64,000 nt of DNA from Parcubacteria group bacterium GW2011_GWA2_42_14 (GCA_000998135.1 LCCV01000011.1:4132-68131), one strand, 5' to 3'. Numbered from the stretch's first letter, positions 1 through 10,107 are shown. The notes: a model not told the origin generated them from the letters alone. Made by a program: numbers and translations.

Positions 1-65
1 AACGGGGTCAAATACCTTGCTTTAATTTACCGTCTTTGTTAATATTTTGTTGATGCGTAAAAACC

Positions 66-1145
66 ATGAAAGAATTTTCATTTCCAATTTTTAAAACCAA
101 AACAGAGGGGGTTTCGCAAAAGTTCATGCTTGAAGATCCTGTAGAACGTCGGAAGTATTTTGAAGCGAAAGCGGGGTCTGAAATCGAGAAGCTCCGTGAA
201 TATCTCCGAACAAACACATTCATTGGTTTTTTATTGGGGCCGAAGAATTCAGGAAAAGGAACGTATACGAAACTTTTTATGGAAGCCGTGGGTGAAGATC
301 GTGTCGCGCATATTTCCGTTGGCGATATCGTTAGGAGTGTTCATAAAAATTTAAAGGATGAATATCAAAAAAATGAGCTGATTAATTTTCTCAAGCGCCG
401 TTATCGCGGATTTATTACCATTGAGAAAGCGATTGATGTGATTCTTGGCCGTGATACAAAAACACTTCTTCCCACCGAAATAATTTTAGCTTTGGTTGAA
501 CGCGAAATTGACCGGTTAGGGAGAAAAGCAATTTTTATAGACGGGTTTCCCCGGAACCTTGATCAGGTTTCTTACGCCCTTTATTTTCGCGCTCTTATAG
601 GTTATCGCGATGACCCTGATTTTTTCGTGTTTATAGATGTTCCGGAAAATGTTATTGATGAGCGGATGAAAACGCGCGTTGTGTGTCCGGAGTGCCATAG
701 TCCTCGGAACATACGGCTTTTACGGACCAAGGAGATTGGTTTTGACTCAGAAGCCGGACAATTTTTTCTTGTGTGCGATAATCCTTCCTGCCATGGATAT
801 GGGAAAAGCCGCATGGTGCCGAAAGAAGGAGACGAGTTGGGGATTGAAGCGATTCGTGACCGTATTGAGGCGGATGTGGCAGTTGCAAAAACACTTATGA
901 ATCTTGAGGGTGTTCCAAAAGTATTTTTACGAAATTCATTACCCGTTAATGCGGCAAAAGAATATGTTGATGGGTACGAGATTACGCCTGCGTATCGGTA
1001 TGAATTGGAGGGGAGTGGCGGTATTCGCGTGATAGAGGAACCATGGACGGTGAAAGACGATGAAGGGCAAGAGGCATTTAGTTTGCTGCCGGCTCCGGTG
1101 GCGTTGGCATTGATAAAACAAACAGCCCAGGTTTTAAACCTCTAA
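66..1145 (+). CDS. Adenylate-kinase-like nucleoside monophosphate kinase (long form)
   Basis: P-loop GPKNSGKGT, HISVGD, DGFPR, Cys-rich LID (CPEC...CDNPSC). Confidence 0.75.
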   Translation: MKEFSFPIFKTKTEGVSQKFMLEDPVERRKYFEAKAGSEIEKLREYLRTNTFIGFLLGPKNSGKGTYTKLFMEAVGEDRVAHISVGDIVRSVHKNLKDEYQKNELINFLKRRYRGFITIEKAIDVILGRDTKTLLPTEIILALVEREIDRLGRKAIFIDGFPRNLDQVSYALYFRALIGYRDDPDFFVFIDVPENVIDERMKTRVVCPECHSPRNIRLLRTKEIGFDSEAGQFFLVCDNPSCHGYGKSRMVPKEGDELGIEAIRDRIEADVAVAKTLMNLEGVPKVFLRNSLPVNAAKEYVDGYEITPAYRYELEGSGGIRVIEEPWTVKDDEGQEAFSLLPAPVALALIKQTAQVLNL

Positions 1146-1149
1146 ACTT

Positions 1150-1689
1150 ATGATTCTTGGAATTGACGAAATTCATAAACTGGTTGACGAGATTAAACTG
1201 CTCGAAAATCTTTCGGAAAGAGAGTTAATCAATCCGGAGGGCGCGGGCATTGATTTGCGCCTCGGAAAATTATTACGGCTTGAAGGCGGGGGATTCTTGG
1301 GAATTGATGAGCGGGAAACCCCAAAAGGAATTTTGGTTGCCGAGTTTGACCCGGTGAAACGCTCCTCGATTATTATTAAACCGGGCGAATATTTTCTTAC
1401 CGAGTCCGTTGAAAAATTCAATATGCCTTTGAATCTTTTGGCCATTGTAAAACCGCGCACCACTCTTCATCGTTCAGGGATTATTACCCGTGTTTCCGTT
1501 GTTGACCCGGGATATTCCGGTACGATTCATCCGGCTATTTTCAACGCCGGGCCTGTTTCAGTCGAAATAGAATTAGGGGCGCGTTATGTTAATGCCATGT
1601 TTTTTGAAGTTAAGGGCAGAGCCGCTTCTTATCGCGGCCAATGGCAAGGGGGCCGAATTGATACTGGCGGACGCGAAAAACAAATATGA
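1150..1689 (+). CDS. dcd: dCTP deaminase/dUTPase family protein
   Basis: GIDLRLG, PRTTLHRSG, VDPGYSG, YRGQWQG motifs. Confidence 0.75.
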   Translation: MILGIDEIHKLVDEIKLLENLSERELINPEGAGIDLRLGKLLRLEGGGFLGIDERETPKGILVAEFDPVKRSSIIIKPGEYFLTESVEKFNMPLNLLAIVKPRTTLHRSGIITRVSVVDPGYSGTIHPAIFNAGPVSVEIELGARYVNAMFFEVKGRAASYRGQWQGGRIDTGGREKQI

Positions 1690-2189
1690 CCAACGAAAAC
1701 AATTTATTGGACCCGCGGCTTCATTTTGTCGTTGCAACGGCAATTATTGTGAAATGCGATGACCTTGAAAAGAAGAGGTATTTTTTAATTATAAAAAGAG
1801 CGCCTCATGAAAAAGCTTTTCCTAACCGTTGGACTGTGCCCGGCGGAAAACTCGTGCTTCATGAATACGAACACCTTTCTAAAACAGCGGGTTATCCGCA
1901 GTGGTACGGTGTTGTGGATTGGGTTTTGAGAAAAGAAGTAAAGGAAGAAACGGGGCTGGATATAGAAAAACCGAATTATCTTTGTAACTTGGTTTTCGTC
2001 AGGCCAGACGGTTATCCGGTGGTGACATTGTCTTATTGGGCTCATTATAAAAATGGCGAAGTTGTCTTGGGTAAAGATTTTACGGATTTTTCCTGGGTTA
2101 CTCTTGAGGAAGCAAGAAAATATGATTTGATTGAGGGAATTTATAATGAATTGGCTATGGTTGAAAATATATTAAGCGGGAAAAAATAG
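1686..2189 (+). CDS. NUDIX hydrolase
   Basis: PGG...KEVKEETGL Nudix box; ATGA overlap with the upstream gene. Confidence 0.85.
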   Translation: MTNENNLLDPRLHFVVATAIIVKCDDLEKKRYFLIIKRAPHEKAFPNRWTVPGGKLVLHEYEHLSKTAGYPQWYGVVDWVLRKEVKEETGLDIEKPNYLCNLVFVRPDGYPVVTLSYWAHYKNGEVVLGKDFTDFSWVTLEEARKYDLIEGIYNELAMVENILSGKK

Positions 2190-2260
2190 GAGTAATGGAC
2201 AAATTTTGATTATCCACAGTTTGCTTTTTTAACTTTAATTATTGTTTTATAATGTAATTA

Positions 2261-2393
2261 GGCCCCATTATTCGGATTCAGGTTTTAGGTCAAATCGTTC
2301 ATTTTGGGATGCTTATATCGTTCGAGCCCTTGGGTTAGGACTGCGGCGACCCACCTGTCTTTTTGCTAAAATCCTTTAATCCGAACAGGGGCC
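2261..2393 (+). ncRNA. Candidate structured small RNA
   Basis: GGCCCC..TTCGGATT..AGG.TTTTAG pairs with CTAAAA.CCT..AATCCGAA..GGGGCC; TATAAT at 2248-2253; T-run after 2393. Confidence 0.35.
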
Positions 2394-2497
2394 TTTTTAA
2401 TTTTGTCCGCGATTCATTCCATGCTTGTCGGAGAAACGAATCTTGATTTGTGATGCCGGCAAATTTTTATGAGCGGTTTATTGCGATTTTTTAAGGT

Positions 2498-4830
2498 TTG
2501 GATTACGATTGTCGTATGCGGGAAAAACAAGAACATTTTTTTGCAAAAATGAATGGAGAAGAAGAAGCAGCCGGTCCGCTAAATGAAGTATCGGAGTTAA
2601 CAGGATTGCACGAGCGCATTTCTTTAATTATCCGCACCATAAGCGGCAAGTTGAATTTGGAGGTTACTACCGATGTTGATTTGCCTACGCTTTTGAGATA
2701 TGCCAAAGAGGGCAAGGACGCCAGAACCACGTGGTTTCGTCAGGTGATCCGCGACCCCAAAACCAGAAAGCTCATAAAAGAACGCGTTCATATACCGAAG
2801 CAAATTGTTGGAATTAATGAGAACGTCCCTAAAGGAAGGGCGGCTCATGAGGCCGGTCATGTGCTTATTACGAGGCATGCGGAATTTGTTCCTGATGAGG
2901 TATTGCAGCAATTGGGTTTTCACGCCGTGCTTCAGGCGGTTGAGGAGCGCCCGACTGACCAGGTTGTGCGGGAACGTTTTTCCGGAGCGGGGCTTTGGGT
3001 TGATGAGGCCCGCCGGGAGGGAAACCAAAGATATCGCGCCATGTCTGATGAAGAAAAAAAGCGTTTGGCTATATTCCCAAATTTATGCAGTTCGCGGATT
3101 TATGCGTTTACGCGCCCCATTATGAAGAACTGCCGCCATACGCCCCCGACGTATTGGCCGCTTATGAAAATGTGAAGGAATACGTGGAAATGGCCGAAAA
3201 AACTCTTCCGGCTGAGGGTGCTAAGGAAAAAGACGTGGTCAGGAGCGCTAAAGAGCGGTATTCAATAACGTACGAGAAAATATGGCCGGAAATGGAAAAG
3301 CTGGTTAAAAAAGATTTGGAGCTTGAAGAGTTGAGGAAATTGCTTGAGCAGGCGTTGTCCGGCAGTGAAGGCGAAAAGGGTGATAAAAAAGAAGGCCGGG
3401 ACGCGCCTCAAGGCCAAAAAGAGGATGGAGAAACCCGGCCCGACCCGGCTAAATTGCGTGAACTTTTAAAACAACTGCCGGAAGAGTTAAAAAAGGAGCT
3501 TGAGAAAATGCGGCCTTCTCAAACCGGGGAAGAGCAGCCGGAAAAAGAAAAAACCCGGCCGGACGCGCGAAACGGGCAAGACGTGATAAATGAGGATAAA
3601 ACGGAAGAAGAAGAGGAAAACATGGAAGGAAAAGAATCCGGCGAATCGGCAAAAGGTAAAAAAGAAAAAACGGTAATTTCAGGGCAGGAAGGTGGGGAAA
3701 AACAGGAAGGAAATCCGCTTCCCCTGGACCAAATAAGCGATGAGCTGAAAAAAGAACTGCGGAAGGTTTTTGACGGTTTATCCGAAGAAGAAAAAGAATT
3801 TCTTCAGCATATGGCCCGAAAGACGCTGGAGTATATTGAGGACGAAATCGTCAGGGAATTTTCCGGAAAATTAGCGGAAGATGAGCCGGAAACGCATGTT
3901 GTATTTGAAGCGCGCCAAAAAAAAGAAGAAAAAATGAAAAAGCTGGAGGAGGCGGAAGAGCGGCTGAAACGGGAAAAGGTACTGGTTAAACACGAGCTTG
4001 AAGAAATTGAAAAAAAACAGGCAAAAATTTCCGAAAACAAGAATGGATATATGCGCGCTTATGAAGAAGTGCGGGTCCTTGATGACGCGCTTTACCGCAG
4101 GTTGGATGAGATATTTACGCCCAATATCAAGCGGAATATAAAGATGAAATCTGCCGGGCTAAAACCCAATTTGCTTAAGGTGTTTAAGTGGGAGGCGGGA
4201 ATAATGGCCGGCGCTAAAGCGCTTGACAGCAAGATTTTTGAATCATATTCCCGCCATGAGAAAAAAGATTACGTTTTTTTCATTTTAAACGATATGTCCA
4301 ACTCCATGGGGAATGGAGGAAAAATTGAGAATGATTTTAAGGCCAAAATTCTTTTATCGGAAGTTTTAAACCGGCTGGGAGTTAAATTTGCGGTTGCCGG
4401 TTTTAACGACGATTTTTTCCAGTTCAAAAATTCCGGAGAAGACCTTAACGATAAAATTCGGGAAAAAATGAACGGTATGAAGATGGTTGAAGGATATACC
4501 GATACCGGCAGGGCTCTGGTAACCGCGTCCCGGGATTTGGAAAAGGAATTTGCCAAAGAGAAATTTTTGTTGGTTCTTACCGATGGAATGCCCATGACGT
4601 TAGAAAAAGACGCGCCATCAGAAACGCACCGGGCAGTGGCGGATATCTTAAAGAAAACCAGCCAAAAATTAATCGGCATCGGGCTTGGGCCGAAAACCGA
4701 ATTTGTCAGGGAATATTTTCCCGCGTCAATAGTGGAGGAAGATGTCAGAAATCTTCCGGAAACATTGTCCGCTCTTCTTGAAGACATGATATTGAATCCG
4801 GAAAAATACGCTTATAAAAACGATAGATAG
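2498..4830 (+). CDS. CobT/NorD-like vWA protein (N-terminal HExxH region, acidic linker, C-terminal vWA) split over two frames at 3055-3061
   Basis: AHEAGH in ORF 2498-3175; DMSNSM MIDAS-like motif, T-D-TG and LTDG in ORF 3085-4830; frames join by a -1 shift at A AAA AAG. Confidence 0.7.
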
Positions 4831-4834
4831 TTGA

Positions 4835-4943
4835 CCCCGTTAGAAATCCGGCTATACATTAATGATAAAACACGGTAAAGCGAAGCGGCTCCGCCTTACG
4901 TCTTCCGGAATAAAATTACGACTTATTTAGATTTCTAACGGGG
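4835..4943. mobile_element. MITE-like element CCCCGTTAGAAATC...GATTTCTAACGGGG
   Basis: 14-bp terminal inverted repeats, TTGA on both flanks, internally similar inverted copy at 21288-21399. Confidence 0.75.
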
Positions 4944-4978
4944 TTGAAAATTAACGTTTTTGGTATTATGATAATATT

Positions 4979-5422
4979 ATGAAGCAGGTTTTTGATGACA
5001 AACTTAATGATTACGCGGATGGTTTTAGCGCTCTTGGCGGAAGGGCTTCTTTTCCCGTTGGCGCCATTATTGCCGATAACAAAAAAAGAAAGGGAATTAT
5101 CGCGTTTTTCAAGAAGAAAAATATTACGGTTATCAAGGCGGATAAAACGATTCATCCCGATATAATTCTCGGGAAAGTTTTTCAGTCCGTTTTAAAGAAA
5201 AAAACGGCAGTATTGGATATTTCCGAAGGCGTGTCTCCGAAAATTATCACGCATCTGGAAAACTTATCGCGGAATTTTATTGACGTGAAACTTGCTCAAG
5301 ACAAGGAGTGTACAGTTTTTCTTGATATCCCCGCCGGTTCCAAACTTCTTCTTCTTATGAATAATGACGATTATGAAAATATTTTAATGCCGGACGTTAT
5401 TTCATCGGTTTGCCGGGTTTAA
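4979..5422 (+). CDS. Hypothetical protein between the vWA and AAA+ genes
   Basis: 147-aa ORF, ATG start, co-oriented. Confidence 0.6.
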   Translation: MKQVFDDKLNDYADGFSALGGRASFPVGAIIADNKKRKGIIAFFKKKNITVIKADKTIHPDIILGKVFQSVLKKKTAVLDISEGVSPKIITHLENLSRNFIDVKLAQDKECTVFLDIPAGSKLLLLMNNDDYENILMPDVISSVCRV

Positions 5423-5454
5423 TTTCGCATAAATATTACTAAATTTTCATTATT

Positions 5455-7563
5455 ATGGGCGCATTTAATTCGCCGTCATTTGGACAGGAAAATAAAAATA
5501 ATCCGGACGCTAAACAAACAAAGGCGCCTTTTAAGGTAGGGCTTATTCCGGAGGCACCCATAGCCGAAAAGAAAAAAGAAGTGAACCGGGAATTCCCCGT
5601 TCCCTTTGAATATTCTCCCGACGGAAAAAAATTGTATATTTTTGACCTAGAGCTGGAAATGCCTGTTTGTCCTCCCGAGCTTAAGCAGTTTGTTCCTCCT
5701 TTGGAAAAATTCAGCCATCTTTGTTATGACCAGCGCACCCTGGAAGTGCTTTATAAGGCCGCGGAAGCGTATAAATTAAGAGAGCCCTGCCTTTTAGAAG
5801 GAGAGCCGGCAACTTCAAAAACCACGGCAGTTGAATTGCTGGCCTCTCTTTTGGGACAGCCTTTTCGCCGCATGAATTATAACGGCCAGACCGACACCTC
5901 GGAACTTATCGGAAAATTTGTGCCTAATGACGGGGACGCGCAAATTTTGTTTGAGCAGATATTGAAAAATCCGCAATCGCTTACGGAAGAATCCAGAAAA
6001 ATTTTGCATGAAGTAAGGGACCAGAACCGGGCCCTGACGAAATTTGAATCCCAGAAAATCGCTTCCAACGAAGGGCTGAAAATTTCCGATTGGAAATGGG
6101 AAGACGGTTATCTTACGTTTTGCGCGACCAAGGGATGCATTTTGCTTAATGACGAGCTTGGTTTCGCGGAGCCGCAGATTTTAGGCCGCGGCATGAGTTC
6201 TCTTGAAAAAAATCCCAGTATTGAGGTTTCCGAAAACGGTGGACTGGTTATAAGAAAATTAACGGAGGAGGAAGAGGGCTTATGGCTGCAGGGAAAGCTT
6301 AAGGGGGTTATTCCCTTGCACCGGAATTTCCGCCAGTACGGCGCGACCAATCCCGCGGAAACTCATGCCGGACGGGTTACGTTTGAACCCGCGTATAAAG
6401 ACCGGTGGCTTGCGTATAAATTCATCCAGCCGCCAGTAAAAGAAGAGTATGCGCAGATGATGGAGCTCGCGGTATACGGAAAACAGCCGGTAGTGAAATT
6501 TTTGGGCGACAGATATCATGCCGAAGGCATGTGGCCGCTTTATCCGTCTCTTCGCGAAATCAATAATTTCAGCGGTTTTTTGGAAAAACTCGCCAAATTT
6601 CACGTAACTCTTGAGGAAATGGCGCGGAAGCGCGAAATCGGCATGTCTAAGAAAGATAAATATATTTTTACGCGAAGAACGCTTATTGAATTTCTGGATT
6701 ATCTGGAACATAAAAGGATTGTGGTTGACAGGAACAGCGGGGAGCATTATTCCGTAGAAGATATGCCCAAAGAAGTCATTTTGCGGGCGATTCAATATTA
6801 TTATCTTGATAAAATAAGCGACTCGAATGATTTGGAAAAAGTCATGGACCAGCTTGATGCCATCGGCATTTCTTCGGGCAATTGGACGCATAAGTTCGGT
6901 GAGGAAGCAACAAGAAAACCGCCTTCTGGCGCCGGTGCCGGAACGGGAGCCGGGGTAGAAAGTGGGAACGGGCCGGAAACCGTGCAGAGAAAAAAGTTTA
7001 CAGATGCAAATGGTGTTTTTGCCGAGAGAGGAGAGCGCGCGGTCTTGGAAGATTTGCGCGTGGGCGATAAAGTAATGCTCACACGATACGGCATGAACAA
7101 TGTAACTGATAAAGTTAAAGACGCAAAAAAACTTGTTATTGTTGGTTTTATGGATGATGATAGAGTTATAGTGCAGATAGGTGATAATGTTGTTGTAGCA
7201 GATCCCTTAGAAGAACATCGTAAAGTTTATGAAAAAATTAACTCAGCGGAAATCCCCGAAAATAAAAATGATAATCAAACGTTTCCTACGATAGGAGGAA
7301 ATGAAGTAAGGGTTGGGTCTGAGAAAGAAATGAAAGGTTTCGGATACGATTTTAGAGTCGGCGACCGGCTGGTTTTAAGGAATCAAAAAGGTCATTACCC
7401 CCCAGAGGTGAGAAACGCCAAAACATTGACCGTTGTCGGCTTTAGTTTAAGAAAGGGCAATGTTGTTATCCAGATTGACGGAGAAAAATGTTTGGTTGAC
7501 AGCGCGGGCGTGATAAAAGGACGTTTTGAGAACCTATCAGAAATTGGGAGATTAAATGGATGA
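5455..7563 (+). CDS. MoxR/CbbQ/midasin-like AAA+ ATPase with two C-terminal SH3/KOW-like repeats
   Basis: Walker A GEPATSKT, ELIGKFVP, W-DG, Walker B LLNDE, GATNP, DRW; repeats RVGDKVML/RVGDRLVL...VVGF...VIQI. Confidence 0.8.
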   Translation: MGAFNSPSFGQENKNNPDAKQTKAPFKVGLIPEAPIAEKKKEVNREFPVPFEYSPDGKKLYIFDLELEMPVCPPELKQFVPPLEKFSHLCYDQRTLEVLYKAAEAYKLREPCLLEGEPATSKTTAVELLASLLGQPFRRMNYNGQTDTSELIGKFVPNDGDAQILFEQILKNPQSLTEESRKILHEVRDQNRALTKFESQKIASNEGLKISDWKWEDGYLTFCATKGCILLNDELGFAEPQILGRGMSSLEKNPSIEVSENGGLVIRKLTEEEEGLWLQGKLKGVIPLHRNFRQYGATNPAETHAGRVTFEPAYKDRWLAYKFIQPPVKEEYAQMMELAVYGKQPVVKFLGDRYHAEGMWPLYPSLREINNFSGFLEKLAKFHVTLEEMARKREIGMSKKDKYIFTRRTLIEFLDYLEHKRIVVDRNSGEHYSVEDMPKEVILRAIQYYYLDKISDSNDLEKVMDQLDAIGISSGNWTHKFGEEATRKPPSGAGAGTGAGVESGNGPETVQRKKFTDANGVFAERGERAVLEDLRVGDKVMLTRYGMNNVTDKVKDAKKLVIVGFMDDDRVIVQIGDNVVVADPLEEHRKVYEKINSAEIPENKNDNQTFPTIGGNEVRVGSEKEMKGFGYDFRVGDRLVLRNQKGHYPPEVRNAKTLTVVGFSLRKGNVVIQIDGEKCLVDSAGVIKGRFENLSEIGRLNG

Positions 7564-7585
7564 ATTTTTTAGGCATTTTTTAAGC

Positions 7586-7618
7586 GAAAAGCCGTCGGTT
7601 TTGTGCCGGCGGCTTTTC
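7586..7618. terminator. Bidirectional intrinsic terminator
   Basis: GAAAAGCCGTCGG...CCGGCGGCTTTTC hairpin between convergent genes. Confidence 0.6.
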
Positions 7619-7669
7619 ACTATTCGGACTCGGACTACTAGACCCAGTTATCCTTCCACCTTTTGAAAT

Positions 7670-7740
7670 TCGGGCCAGGCAGAATCGGACTGCCACTACA
7701 AGACCCCCAGCCTTGTGTACTACCACTATACTATGGCCCG
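7670..7740 (-). tRNA. tRNA-Pro(GGG)
   Basis: Cloverleaf: acceptor CGGGCCA/TGGCCCG, anticodon arm CAAGG-CTGGGGG-TCTTG, T arm GGCAG/CTGCC; CCA not encoded. Confidence 0.9.
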
Positions 7741-7855
7741 AAATTTTAGTGCGGGATGTAACTACCACTATGGCTCGAAGTTAAGTATTCCCTGAGCGAG
7801 CCCGGCGAGTCGAAGGGTTTCATTGAAAGTATGCCTTTGATAAACTCAGGCAATA

Positions 7856-8122
7856 TTATATCATTGGCTTAAATTTCTCTCCGGTTAAATTTCTGTCTTC
7901 TAATAATTTTTGAACAAAATTATAAAGTTCTTTATTGATAATAAGTTTATCTAAATCAATTTTCAGTCTAAGGAGTGCTGAATTAATTTGCCCATCGGCA
8001 AGATCTCTTAACGCAAATTGAACTGCTGTTAAAAGCATTGTGTGCTTATCCCGCTCAATAAGTTCTATGAGTTTTTTTGCAATTTCATTTTCTGTTTCGA
8101 TTTTTTCTGAAATTTTTTCCAT
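7856..8122 (-). CDS. Hypothetical protein
   Basis: 88-aa ORF downstream of pepA. Confidence 0.55.
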   Translation of the reverse strand: MEKISEKIETENEIAKKLIELIERDKHTMLLTAVQFALRDLADGQINSALLRLKIDLDKLIINKELYNFVQKLLEDRNLTGEKFKPMI

Positions 8123-8149
8123 TTTTGTTTTTCTTATTTCTATTTTTTA

Positions 8150-9706
8150 TTATGGAATTTTATTGGCGTTTTTTGCCAGTTCCACCAAAAATCTTACTCC
8201 GGTTCCGGATGCGCCTTTTGCCAAGAATTGTCCTTCAATAGTGGTCATGGTCGGCGCGATATCAAGGTGCATCCACGGATAATTTCCCACGAATTGTTTT
8301 AAGAATATTGCTCCGGCAATTGCTCCGCCTTGTCCCTTTTTTCCGGTATTGGCAATATCGCCAAATGTTCCTTTCACGTCATCATAGTACTCGTCCCATA
8401 AAGGGAGCGGCCAGACATAATCGCCGGAATTCATGCCAATGTCGCGCGCGAATTTTTCTAATTTTTCGTTTGTGGTTCGGCCTTGCTCACCAGAACTCGA
8501 AAATAGCGCGATGGCGCGTTGTCCGAGCGCTACTGTCGCGGCGCCCGTAAGCGTTGCCGCGTCAACAATTAGTTTAGGGTTAAGTTTTTGCGCATATCCC
8601 AGAGTATCTGCGAGAATAATCCGTCCTTCGGCGTCGGTGTTCAGCACTTCAATGGTTTTTCCGGTTATGGTTTTTAAAATATCTCCCGGGTGATAGCTTG
8701 AACCGGATGGCATGTTTTCTACGGCCGGAATAAGCCCGATTATTTTTACCGGCAGTTTCATTCGGGCAATAGCGGCCATAGCGTGTATGACCGCGGCTCC
8801 CCCTGACATATCCATATGCATTTCATAGATTGCTTCTGACGGTTTTAAATTAAGTCCGCCGGTATCAAAAGTAACTCCCTTGCCGGCAAAAACTATTGGC
8901 TGTATGACTTTGTTTGGTAATCCTTTCTTCCCCAAAGGGGCGGGTTTTCCAGAATCATATTTCATAACAATAAATCGCGGTTTTTCGTCGGAACCCTTTG
9001 ATACGCCCAATATTCCGCCCATGCCGAGTTCCTTGATTTTTTTTTCGTCAAATACGTCAACTTTTATTCCGGTTTTTTTGCCGATTTCAAGAGCGGCTTG
9101 GGCAAGTTTTTGCGGAGTCATTTCTCCTCCCGGGGTGTTGGCAAGAATCCGGCAATTATTCGTTTCTTCGCCGATAATTAAACCTTCTTCCAGTCCTGTT
9201 TTTATTGATGGAGAAACCGGAACTGGAACAATTATTTCAATTTCATTTATTTCCGGCCATCCTTCTTTGGGCGGTTCTTTATATTTGTTGAATGTGAAAT
9301 CCGCGAGTATGACATTTTCCGCAAATAGTTGCGTTATCCGCCGTATAGGCAAAGGATTAAATTTAAAGTCATTTAAGAATACCGAGGATGACTTAATCCT
9401 GTGGTCTTTAAGATATGTGACCAATTTTCTTGCGAAAAGAATATATTTTTTTTCGTTCCATTCATTCGTTTTTCCGAGATTGGCAAGTACAATTAATTGG
9501 TCCGGATTTGACGGCAGATGCACTTCTCTGAATTTTTCCTGCGCTGTTGTGAAGTCATGCGCCATGATTTTGGCAATGTAGGCCGCGTCTGTTTGGGAAA
9601 GTTTTTTTAAATAAGGGTGAGCCGGTTTTTTTTCGGGTGTGAAAAAAGAAACAAGGACGGCCTTGTTTTTTGTTAAACTAGGTTTGTGAGATAAGATGAC
9701 CTTCAT
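8150..9706 (-). CDS. pepA: Leucyl aminopeptidase (M17)
   Basis: GKGVTFDTGG, DMSGGA, NTDAEGR, ATLTGA, HLDIA. Confidence 0.95.
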   Translation of the reverse strand: MKVILSHKPSLTKNKAVLVSFFTPEKKPAHPYLKKLSQTDAAYIAKIMAHDFTTAQEKFREVHLPSNPDQLIVLANLGKTNEWNEKKYILFARKLVTYLKDHRIKSSSVFLNDFKFNPLPIRRITQLFAENVILADFTFNKYKEPPKEGWPEINEIEIIVPVPVSPSIKTGLEEGLIIGEETNNCRILANTPGGEMTPQKLAQAALEIGKKTGIKVDVFDEKKIKELGMGGILGVSKGSDEKPRFIVMKYDSGKPAPLGKKGLPNKVIQPIVFAGKGVTFDTGGLNLKPSEAIYEMHMDMSGGAAVIHAMAAIARMKLPVKIIGLIPAVENMPSGSSYHPGDILKTITGKTIEVLNTDAEGRIILADTLGYAQKLNPKLIVDAATLTGAATVALGQRAIALFSSSGEQGRTTNEKLEKFARDIGMNSGDYVWPLPLWDEYYDDVKGTFGDIANTGKKGQGGAIAGAIFLKQFVGNYPWMHLDIAPTMTTIEGQFLAKGASGTGVRFLVELAKNANKIP

Positions 9707-9796
9707 TATAAAGCGATTCTAATACGACTCAAATTCACTCGAATGACTCGAATACGTATTTGTGTCATTAGGGTGCCATTTGTATATTGGAGTCGC
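9707..9796 (-). repeat. Junction hairpin family C (GCGACTC...CGAAT/ATTCG...GAGTCGC), rpmB-pepA
   Basis: Homologous to 29827, 33755 and 41812. Confidence 0.75.
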
Positions 9797-9979
9797 TTAA
9801 ACCTTATGCAGTTTCTTCAAACACTTTACACATGTTTTTACTCTTTTGCCGTTAGCAAGTTTAGCCCATTGCAAATTGGGATATTTTCTTCCTCTCCAGG
9901 TTAAGTTATAATGGCCTCGAAGGAGTTTTCGTTTTCCTCCCATAACCGAGCCCTTTTTACATATTGTACAAACTTTCAT
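9797..9979 (-). CDS. rpmB: 50S ribosomal protein L28
   Basis: MKVCTICKK...KYPNLQ...CVKCLK; true ATG at 9979. Confidence 0.9.
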   Translation of the reverse strand: MKVCTICKKGSVMGGKRKLLRGHYNLTWRGRKYPNLQWAKLANGKRVKTCVKCLKKLHKV

Positions 9980-10090
9980 AGGTGTGATGCCAATCCGATG
10001 CGAATTTAATGCTAATCTACAAATTACGAATATTATTACGATTCGCAATTCAATAGATTCGCATTTCATTTGTAGATTGGCGTCATTGCT
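9980..10090. repeat. Junction hairpin family D (GATGCCAATC...GATTGGCRTCATTG)
   Basis: Homologous to 26629 and 45041; lacks the nested insert seen there. Confidence 0.75.
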
Positions 10091-10107
10091 AAAAATAACA
10101 TTTTTAA

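Noticed and set aside
8880-9581. Long antisense ORFs (for example 8880-9581, 6280-6891, 15049-15609, 63072-63812)
   Set aside because: They are shadows of well-supported genes on the opposite strand and have no motifs of their own.
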